A stretch of 64,000 nt of DNA, taken from contig CAZPMS010000004.1 of NCBI GenBank assembly GCA_964588165.1, forward strand, positions 32,019 to 96,018. Reading direction: 5' to 3'. The notes below the pieces were generated by a model. The model did not search any database, had not been told where the DNA came from, and was given only the letters and a program-made list of their open reading frames with translations. The first letter of the stretch is position 1. The number at the start of each line of letters is the position of its first letter. The position numbers were made by a program, and so were the translations under genes. The DNA is from an uncultured Gammaproteobacteria bacterium (GTDB lineage Bacteria > Patescibacteriota > Patescibacteriia > UBA1558 > UBA10009). Positions 56,201-62,366 of the stretch are shown one piece after another.

Positions 56201-58674
56201 ACTTCACCGCTATATACTTCCCAAGAAGTGCTAGGCCATAAACTGGTATTATTATCTTCGTCTAAAATATCACATCTGATACTGCCGGCAATATAATCTT
56301 TATTATTATCGTAGTATCTTAAACACACATCTGTTCTTTGATCGCCACCGGATGATTTAAGATGGCCGCCTAAACTATAACTATAATTCCAGTTAATCGG
56401 TATAAAACCATTGGTCATGGCTCCACATTTTGTATCATCTTCAGTGACTTCAATTTTTAAAGCCGACGAATTTTGATATCCCTCATTTTCAGCCATTGAG
56501 AAAAGGCATTCCGGATCATTTCCTTCCCAAGAAACTCTTTTCCAGTCATCCGGCCAGTCTGTATCACTATCTATGTTTAATTCAAAACTACCATTAAAGG
56601 CGGTATTAATGCCCGGCAACATTCTGGAAAGTTGGCTACAGCCGGCTCCATTAGGCTGGCAACTGGCTGCTTTGGAATTAAGGTAAACTTTATAATCACT
56701 GTTCCATTCAAGCAGCTGGGATTCATCTGATGGTGTTTTATCTTGATAAGTTGAATATCGCCAACAGCCGGCGTCATTAACGCTAGGGCATTCCTGCAGG
56801 GTATCCCTTAAATAGGTAAACTGCTTATCATCTGCCCTGGCAAAGGTTTCACAACTATTATAATAATCCGAGCAACTATCTCCATTAAAACGCCAGATTG
56901 GTTTTTCTTCTAAACAATAACCATAAACACCTTGGCAATTGCCGTCATCATCTTCCTTTAAACAGGTTTGCCAATCGGCACAATATTCATTATCCCTGTT
57001 AACCAATAAAACGGGCTTATCGGGCTTTATTAAATCCAATTCACAGGCCGGACCTTCTATTTCATTATTTTGGGCATCCATGGTTTCTTCTACATTATCT
57101 TCCAGGCAAGCATACTCACTGCTGATAATTTGATAGCCATAACCTTTCCGGGCACACCAACTTTCTGGGGATTTTAAGACCCAGTTAGGATCAACTAAAT
57201 GGTAATAAGGATTAATATCTCCATTACGGCAATCTTCGGGCAAGGAATTATCATTGGGGTTGCTGGGATCTTCGAAACAATGGACCAGATCACTTAAAGT
57301 TTGAGAACTGCCAAAATTTTTAGAATATAAAGCTGCCAGTTCCCAGCCCACCGGAATAATCCGATGCTGACGCATAATAACCAAACTACGGTAAGGATAG
57401 CCCTGCCTATAATCCGGCTGGCTGCCGTCGGCATTAAAGCCTATAATTAAATTTCCATCCAAGTTCCCTCTATCCAAAGCCTCTTTAATGGTGTATCTTT
57501 GTTCAATCGCTGTAACCAATCTGGAAGGAATTACGCAATCGGTGGGCCCTGGGCATTGTTTGGTAGGGTCATCTGCACAAGGCGAATTAGGGCACTGGGT
57601 TAGTTTTTCTAAAATCCTTTCTTGGCCGCTGGTATAGCTTACTTCTGCCAGGCTGGCAAATTGATCGGCTACCGAAAGGCCAGCTTGCTGGCTGACAAAC
57701 CTAAAAGCTATATCTCCTTGAGTTGACCTGCCGCTAGATAAACCATCATCCAATAACTTTTTCATTAATTTTGCCGCTAAAGTATTGGTAAAAATTCCAA
57801 TAGAATCGGCTACAATATCTCCGGTTGGCACATCTTCAGAAATAGGCGCATCCGAAGCCAGTTCCCTGGCATACTGCTCACTAACGGCTGCCGGAGTTTT
57901 TATTAAACCGCTTATGGGCTCGGTAACAGCCTTAAAATTCTGGTTAGCCAGCCTATCAAATAACTGTTTAGTTTCTTCATCTTTAATTCTAGACCTAATG
58001 GATTGATCTAAAGTTAAATAAACGCCCACATCAGATTGCTGGGGCTTAAAAGAATCTCTTAGAGTATCCAAAAACTGCTCATTAGAATAAGTTTGGCCTA
58101 TATTACCGGCCCAGTCGGTCCAGCTTTGGTTCAGTTCATCCAAAGTACACCTGGCTGCTCCCCGGCCGGCCCTTTCTTGAAAAAGTGAATAATGGATGGC
58201 AAAACGCAAATTTAAATCTGGCGGGGTACAAACATTAAATTCAAAAAATCCGTTATCAGAAGCTAAAATATCTAAAGTATCTACTAAAGTGGTTTGATAA
58301 ACATCATCTAAAAAATCGCCCATGTTTTTAACATTAAACAAAGGCGACTGGCCTACATCGCCTTCAGCCAGTTTAGTAGCCGTATCATAAGCCAGCCTAG
58401 AAAGGAAAGTCCTTAAAGCATTTTTATAAGCAATTTTTCCGGCCCGGATAATTACCTTATCTCTTAAAAAATCCCAGGCCTCTTTAATCCAATGGACTTT
58501 TCTATCAGCACTTTCTTCAGCCTCAATAGCTATGTGCTTCCCTTTCAATGCATTAGCCACCGGATCAGTCACTGGAGTTTGAGCCTTAACTTTACTATTA
58601 ACAAAGGGAGTAAAAAAAAGAAAAAGTAAAGAAAATAATATCAAGGAAATAATTGTTTTTTGAAATATTTTCAT
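50215..58674 (-). CDS. Giant (2819 aa) Cys-rich secreted surface protein with several CBM4/9-like jelly-roll modules
   Basis: Signal peptide present. Recurrent NGSFE...W...WYDNI(Q/L)L modules (e.g. NGSFELNIDSDTDWPDDW...TVWYDNIQL, DNGSFENFSGD...TIWYDNILLEP). Very high Cys, Asn and Gly content. Confidence 0.8.
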   Translation of the reverse strand: MKIFQKTIISLILFSLLFLFFTPFVNSKVKAQTPVTDPVANALKGKHIAIEAEESADRKVHWIKEAWDFLRDKVIIRAGKIAYKNALRTFLSRLAYDTATKLAEGDVGQSPLFNVKNMGDFLDDVYQTTLVDTLDILASDNGFFEFNVCTPPDLNLRFAIHYSLFQERAGRGAARCTLDELNQSWTDWAGNIGQTYSNEQFLDTLRDSFKPQQSDVGVYLTLDQSIRSRIKDEETKQLFDRLANQNFKAVTEPISGLIKTPAAVSEQYARELASDAPISEDVPTGDIVADSIGIFTNTLAAKLMKKLLDDGLSSGRSTQGDIAFRFVSQQAGLSVADQFASLAEVSYTSGQERILEKLTQCPNSPCADDPTKQCPGPTDCVIPSRLVTAIEQRYTIKEALDRGNLDGNLIIGFNADGSQPDYRQGYPYRSLVIMRQHRIIPVGWELAALYSKNFGSSQTLSDLVHCFEDPSNPNDNSLPEDCRNGDINPYYHLVDPNWVLKSPESWCARKGYGYQIISSEYACLEDNVEETMDAQNNEIEGPACELDLIKPDKPVLLVNRDNEYCADWQTCLKEDDDGNCQGVYGYCLEEKPIWRFNGDSCSDYYNSCETFARADDKQFTYLRDTLQECPSVNDAGCWRYSTYQDKTPSDESQLLEWNSDYKVYLNSKAASCQPNGAGCSQLSRMLPGINTAFNGSFELNIDSDTDWPDDWKRVSWEGNDPECLFSMAENEGYQNSSALKIEVTEDDTKCGAMTNGFIPINWNYSYSLGGHLKSSGGDQRTDVCLRYYDNNKDYIAGSIRCDILDEDNNTSLWPSTSWEVYSGEVTGIPANAKYAVIKINGPRTTDGSGETGTVWYDNIQLAVTGSPVVAHNLDNFNFDPNNYQQDYSQDDNYARQFIRVAPEYLACEGYNDLLLDYSEANKADCFADGHYWRSDINFCVQSGDALCQNYATFCKANEIGCQGYTPLTGGPEISAKVTQDNVCPVECVGYDSYLQLNTFFEKVEDPDVDPFYQNFIPQTAQECPVQDAGCEQFTNLDEVAQGGEGIEYFTYLRQCISPNNSNIQSYFTWEGSDTSGYQLKKWNLLASNIDIGPCTNIEIGTEECQDTLETQASCTALEAETDPNCREFFDTDGDIFWRLQDRTITASGDCRPYRRTATGEIYNADPAEGISCSATFNGCREYRGNNGNNIRNVIFSNFESGISEGWENTEEGSLGIIVSNESVYQGGHSLRGFVSNDTIINNLINQISSGKEYVLSFWAKKGNVPGGTKADVEDLFEVEPVTLSTPFQKLASLFGQKAQAADPTDTTLLNFELDGLTSEWRLYNLGPVELDDVGTYGQTRLIINGLDGNEAFFVDNITLKEYTNNFYVIENSWQTPNSCDTPSDGAQLGCQQYLDRQNQIYNLKSFDFICSSTSIGCEAYLTTQNSTNYQSEKVYDNGFGGQGICNNTVGQIDADGDCIIRGEVKCNVGGGDSCNYEVAKVPNDEILYLVNDPDKQCSGSNQGCQRLGKPSFNRQLEDYTDENFIDGYGTVNLINNPDNYGSSLCSESSLFCTSFTGELTGQSAYFDPVGAGGEEESRTCYFSGNRWLRTGTDEPCYDDKFLPIEGQYNYEGWVGVCPASESTCTEYLDPEQPMFESAEICDSSISSNLTGICEDISNSYCRVEINGIQHKVCREEGNDFNTLGCTQAAPGEDIYYSAYDWYCDIGDPAVGPDGEDCCIGPSGDNRCSTHPDADAVRACSVQEGDEYCIYNSVCEPYYYLNNTLEVGEACKDGVVDREAGCLLFNDTSNNSLDWSSQATADGNTPANCDTEAPFTSNSYCDSNKYYSVVKDRECSEWLQCGGAIQVSEGEYSCLDLVRCKGLNPENSSECADLVPPTSAPEVQTFDFGTEVDKTRYLSGYSHVGLDWGDGNVIEGYYSPENMQQVGHKVKVDNGSFENFSGDLDSSPNIKNWLANWADSEGINGFYTTRDYCSYSLDTNKVLAGQYSLSITLREEDPDNDQTICPFSSRGGNDNGFYFIDPDSYYSLIHYSLSSNSQIRGAAGLTWFDGNFNQCKDGVSAGSPGYCGISSGGSNVRGIYCNPTSNKCSTSPSHPTSASDWQKGIITFGPEGESHSFKEIPPDAKYVRIDLRNLENDTYPFKGTIWYDNILLEPVLEVNESTLVGKDCRLFPREDSPSCSYQTNQLFNGWNGYCLEPDPYYQNNVSSPDNWQNCLQWYPVDSLSGDMSSIFNIADIGYQDRRPLYYCLQSQGRANYSDNYSDVCQEIPSDVGENGYCGYKWATNIKMAWHDRFSDIVVSVPSHSIFFSDSSPEELWSLNYSEIQAINVLTTFDDSEECYPQFETIYSLLYEPVGNYYYFNWKCMGDGWGRQEGSYGEEGPSGGTRVRVNFDDFGNIETVAYGAADGDNQDDDWGFRLIFYLKDVCTEIVQVVNEEGEEKAWLDRFNYGWSYGSGNELGLTKNMPASVLNSSPYGSFVQPENELPNSWNPSILPLSVFQGGSYNKYYAGFPISTQDTMTIPAATAGRTCISGPALGNECLESDIGDGEDLINDCSTNIEAGICSGIGKFCYNSFNNLTNGQPCSTNNDCVEEAYGTCRGLGNENEEDPNFVLGELQMPIYSGSRGNPGQQDALERIQNLFAKIYGVWQWDGSSYELCNPWPDGTEDCGIASLDQMDISDDPDISTPPAITDLRVDGASDLKAPGGLVYLNFTSSVDPDQMPIEQIYIEWGDETGGIGDLEYGPFIQGNHSFYNYYTCITNTKGDRCIECPGGSLVGDDCVFDAPAVNLVDHWGWCASGDHDNCVTSNLISTGEEIRIRPKD

Positions 58675-58691
58675 TATATTTTTAAAATATA

Positions 58692-59507
58692 TTAACTTTC
58701 AGTTTGCATTTCAGATTTTAATACTTCTCCCCAAACATCAAGCAAATCTTGATCAGTTAAATTATCTAAATCATCTTTATTAAAGCCTTCTTGCAAGAGT
58801 AAGCTTCTTAACTGATCAGGCGTTATTAAATTATAGTTTTCCGGTTGAAGTTCTTGAAAATTCCCGCTACTGCCTTCTACTTCCTGAACGGTTTCTGCAT
58901 AAAGCTGGCTTAAGGTTTCATCGTCAAGGGCATTTACATCATCCTCACTAAAGCCGCTTTGGATTAACAATAAACGAATTTCTGCTGGCGTTAAATCTGC
59001 TTCCAAACCTGGCAACTCTGTTATTTGATCGCCCGGCAATAGCAAACTGCAATCTTGGCCGGTTGGGCAGTTGGGATCATAATTATTTTGGATTTCATCA
59101 AAATCGGTAAAGCCGTCGGAATCTGAATCAGGCAAATAAGGCGAAGTTTGATAAAGGTATAATTCATCATAATCAGAAAGGCCGTCTAGATCTGTATCTT
59201 TTTGCTGAAGCTCCAATAAATTTGCTACATCATTTTCTGCTAAATTAAAGTTGGCGTTAAGCTCTTGAATATCGCCTTCTTTGGCAAAAGGAACTTTTAA
59301 AGAATTTAACCAGCCGTTAACCGAAAAAAATAAGCCAACTACCGAAATTATTACAATTAAAAATAGGGCTATTTTAGGACTAGATTCTTTTTTTTTGACC
59401 TCCTCTTTGGTTTCTTCAAAAATCTCTTTATCTGTTAAAACTTCTTTTTCTTGATCCAAATTTTCCATAAAATTTATACTAAAACAACAGACATAATAAT
59501 TGTTCAA
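58692..59507 (-). CDS. Membrane-anchored protein with thrombospondin-type-3/dockerin-like Ca-binding Asp repeats and a duplicated ~32-aa C-terminal motif
   Basis: TM segment (IALFLIVIISVVGLFF). DTDLDGLSDYDE...DSDSDGFTDFDE. Tandem repeats TPAEIRLLLIQSGFSEDDVNALDDETL and TPDQLRSLLLQEGFNKDDLDNLTDQDL. Confidence 0.6.
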   Translation of the reverse strand: MNNYYVCCFSINFMENLDQEKEVLTDKEIFEETKEEVKKKESSPKIALFLIVIISVVGLFFSVNGWLNSLKVPFAKEGDIQELNANFNLAENDVANLLELQQKDTDLDGLSDYDELYLYQTSPYLPDSDSDGFTDFDEIQNNYDPNCPTGQDCSLLLPGDQITELPGLEADLTPAEIRLLLIQSGFSEDDVNALDDETLSQLYAETVQEVEGSSGNFQELQPENYNLITPDQLRSLLLQEGFNKDDLDNLTDQDLLDVWGEVLKSEMQTES

Positions 59508-59621
59508 AAAGGCGTCTGGATTAGTTAATTATATCAGATTTTTCTCTTTTTCGTCAATGAAATCAGGTGGTAGAAAGTAGGTTGTAGTAAGTAGAAAAAG
59601 CGAATTACTACCAACTACAAC

Positions 59622-60458
59622 CTACTCACTAATTTCTGCGAATTCAATGGACAAACTTAACCAATCTTTCACTGATAATTCTTGGGCCCTGGCAACGGGC
59701 TTAATTCCTGATTTTTCTATGATTTTCTTAGTTTTTTCTTTGGAAAAATGGAAGCTATTGGCTAAATTATTTTCTATGGTTTTTCTTTTTGAACAAAAAC
59801 CTGCCCTTACCATCTGCCAATACTTTTTTTCTTCAATTTCTTCTGAAAACGGAAAATCTATAATATTTTTAAAATGAATAATAGCCGATTCCACATTTGG
59901 TGCCGGATAAAATGACTCGTGGCCCACATCAGCTATAATTTCGGGCTGGCAATAAAGTTGAACCGAAACACTAAGCAAACTCATCTCGCCAACTGGAGCA
60001 CAAATTCTTTCGGCAACTTCTTTCTGTAATAAAAGAGTGATTGATTGAGGCTTTTTTTCTGCTGTTAAAAACTTCTTTAAAAAGGCCGATGAAATACCAT
60101 AGGGAAGGTTTGATACTATTTTATAATTGGTTATTGGTAATTGGTTATTGGTAATTTTTAATATATCTTTATTTACGACTTTTAAATTATCAACTACTTC
60201 TGATAAATTTTTTAGATTTGCAAAAAGCTTTTTATCCAGCTCCACCGCAATTACTTTCCTGGCCAATTTAACCAGCTCTTGGGTTAAAAAGCCAAAACCC
60301 GGACCCACTTCTAAAACTGTGTCTGATTTTTTAATTCCGGCTGTTTTAACCATCTGGCTTAAAACGTTTTCATCTATACAAAAATTCTGACCTTTTAGTT
60401 TATCCGGAGTAAGGCCGGTTTTTTTGATAAGATACTTTGTCTGTTCGAGTAAATCCAT
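59622..60458 (-). CDS. rsmA: 16S rRNA (adenine1518/1519-N6)-dimethyltransferase RsmA/KsgA, with a short in-frame tandem duplication (ITNNQLPITNY)
   Basis: LEVGPGFGFLT SAM motif and NLPYGIS motif IV. The 14-bp unit ttggttattggtaa is duplicated at 60130-60157. Confidence 0.85.
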   Translation of the reverse strand: MDLLEQTKYLIKKTGLTPDKLKGQNFCIDENVLSQMVKTAGIKKSDTVLEVGPGFGFLTQELVKLARKVIAVELDKKLFANLKNLSEVVDNLKVVNKDILKITNNQLPITNYKIVSNLPYGISSAFLKKFLTAEKKPQSITLLLQKEVAERICAPVGEMSLLSVSVQLYCQPEIIADVGHESFYPAPNVESAIIHFKNIIDFPFSEEIEEKKYWQMVRAGFCSKRKTIENNLANSFHFSKEKTKKIIEKSGIKPVARAQELSVKDWLSLSIEFAEISE

Positions 60459-60470
60459 AGTATAAATTAT

Positions 60471-60590
60471 ATGGAAAAATTTTGCCTATCCTGTCATCCT
60501 GAGCTTGTCGAAGGATCCCGTATTACCCGAAACATACTATATTAAACGGGATCTCTCCATTACAGTCGAGATGACAATCGTGGAAAAATT
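60471..60590. repeat. Palindromic intergenic element, copy E. Its right arm encodes the last 7 codons of tsaC.
   Basis: Flanks GGAAAAATTTTGCC / GGAAAAATTTTTCC. Arms ctgtcatcctgagcttgtcgaaggatcccg ... cgggatctctccattacagtcgagatgaca. Confidence 0.55.
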
Positions 60591-61189
60591 TTTCCTTTTC
60601 TTAATATTTTAATCTGACCATCTGTTATCTTAACAACTGTTGATGCTTTCCTCTTAGGTAATCTGCCGGCATCTATAATTAAATCCGGCTTATACTTTCT
60701 TTTTTCAAACTGGCTCTCAATTTCATCCACAGAATAACAATCCAGCTTACCAGAAATATTGGCGCTTGTCGATGTTAATGGTTTACCCAATTTCCTAACA
60801 ATTAAAGTAGCTAATTTATTAGATGAGATCCTCAAACCTAAAGTTTTATAATTTTTAATTCTAAATTCTTTTAAAATTTGTATTTTAAAATTTAAAATTA
60901 TCGTCAGCGGTCCTGGCCAATATTTTTTAGCCAAAGCTGATGAAACTTTATTAAAACTGACAAATCTTTTGGCCATAGCCAAACTGCTGACCAAAACAGC
61001 CAGAGGTTTTTTAAAATTCCGGCCTTTTATTTTATAAATCTTGGCAATAGCTTTAAGGTTTAAAAAATCAGCTCCTAATCCGTAAGCTGTTTCTGTTGGA
61101 TAAACGATAATCCCGCCTCTTTTTAAGACTTTTACTGCTTCTTTTATAACTAAGGTTCTGTTTAATTTATTTAGTGCCAGTTTCTTCAT
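60560..61189 (-). CDS. tsaC: L-threonylcarbamoyladenylate synthase TsaC/YrdC (Sua5/YciO/YrdC family)
   Basis: GGIIVYPTETAYGLGAD...KGRNFKKPLAVLV...SANISG. Confidence 0.8.
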   Translation of the reverse strand: MKKLALNKLNRTLVIKEAVKVLKRGGIIVYPTETAYGLGADFLNLKAIAKIYKIKGRNFKKPLAVLVSSLAMAKRFVSFNKVSSALAKKYWPGPLTIILNFKIQILKEFRIKNYKTLGLRISSNKLATLIVRKLGKPLTSTSANISGKLDCYSVDEIESQFEKRKYKPDLIIDAGRLPKRKASTVVKITDGQIKILRKGKIFPRLSSRL

Positions 61190-62360
61190 GTAAACCTTGT
61201 TTAGGTAATAAATTAACTAGTAACGAGGCAAGAGCGGCCAGAATAAAAATTAAATTCAGAGGCAAATACTGAAGCAAAACTAAAATAACCACCATTACAA
61301 ATACTCTGCCGGTTTGCTGGAACATTTCCTTTAAGGCTGAATATTCATCAACATAATGTCCGCTGTCGGATGTTTTTTCGTAAACTAAAGCGTTCCAAGG
61401 GGTTTTAAGTAAAATCATGGCAAAATTATGGTAGGTTGAAGCAAAAAATATCTGAACCGAAGTAGTAATGAATATTTTTACCAGCCAGCCGATGGAATAA
61501 AAAATGGAGCCGATCCGCATCATTTTTCTTTTATTAAAACGGTCTGTGTAATCACCAACAATTAACTTTAAAATAACAGCCACCAAAGTTATTACCGAAG
61601 TTATAGCGCCCACTGCCAAATACTGCCCATTTAACAGCTGCCAAATAAACACCGGCCACAATACTGCGCCGATCCAATTTTCGGCGCCATCTGCCATATA
61701 AGCTACCATCATCTTCCGGTTTTTCTTTGAAAAATATTCTTTCCAGACTCTTAAATACGGCCAAGTAAATTTTTCTTTTACTATAGGCAAAAACCTTAAG
61801 GGCACAATAGCCATTAAAATAAGAATTATCACAATCACAAAAACTATCTTAAAGCCAAATTCCTTAATTAAAAATCCGGAAACTACCGGAATAATAACGC
61901 CAAAAAAAGTGGATATAGAATCAAGCAAACCAATCTGCTTGCCTCGGTTTTTGCCTTCAGAAAACTTGGCAAAGTCAGTATGGTAAGGCACCCAAAAAAG
62001 CATTCTATAAACTGTTAAAGATAAACCGGCCACTATTGTCCAAATTAAAATATCAGTTTCAAAAAAATAAAGAGCTAAATAAAAAGAGGCCAAGAATGGT
62101 AATGATAAGCTTAAAGAAAGCCTGATGCCGATAACATTCATTATTTTAGCGCCCGGTGCTACAAAAAATAAATAAGCCAGCCAGGTAAATAAATAAAACA
62201 AAATCATTTTTTCCAAACTGCCGTATTGCTGGATTAAAAAAATGGGCAAAAACAATCCTGTAAAACCAAAAGCCACTAATATAATTGTCCTTGAGGTAAA
62301 TAAAGATGCCAATCCCGGAGGCAGCATATCTTTATCTTTATAGTGTGATAAAATGGACAT
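61167..62360 (-). CDS. MFS-type transporter (~11-12 TM)
   Basis: Repeated hydrophobic helices throughout the 397 aa. Overlaps the tsaC start by 23 bp. Confidence 0.7.
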   Translation of the reverse strand: MSILSHYKDKDMLPPGLASLFTSRTIILVAFGFTGLFLPIFLIQQYGSLEKMILFYLFTWLAYLFFVAPGAKIMNVIGIRLSLSLSLPFLASFYLALYFFETDILIWTIVAGLSLTVYRMLFWVPYHTDFAKFSEGKNRGKQIGLLDSISTFFGVIIPVVSGFLIKEFGFKIVFVIVIILILMAIVPLRFLPIVKEKFTWPYLRVWKEYFSKKNRKMMVAYMADGAENWIGAVLWPVFIWQLLNGQYLAVGAITSVITLVAVILKLIVGDYTDRFNKRKMMRIGSIFYSIGWLVKIFITTSVQIFFASTYHNFAMILLKTPWNALVYEKTSDSGHYVDEYSALKEMFQQTGRVFVMVVILVLLQYLPLNLIFILAALASLLVNLLPKQGLHEETGTK

Positions 62361-62366
62361 GAATTT

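Noticed and set aside
51451-57133. Small ORFs on both strands inside the 2819-aa gene (e.g. 51451..51633, 52017..52271, 53385..53636, 56577..56777)
   Set aside because: All are nested within a single uninterrupted 8.46-kb reading frame with a signal peptide and repeated domain modules. They are shadow ORFs.
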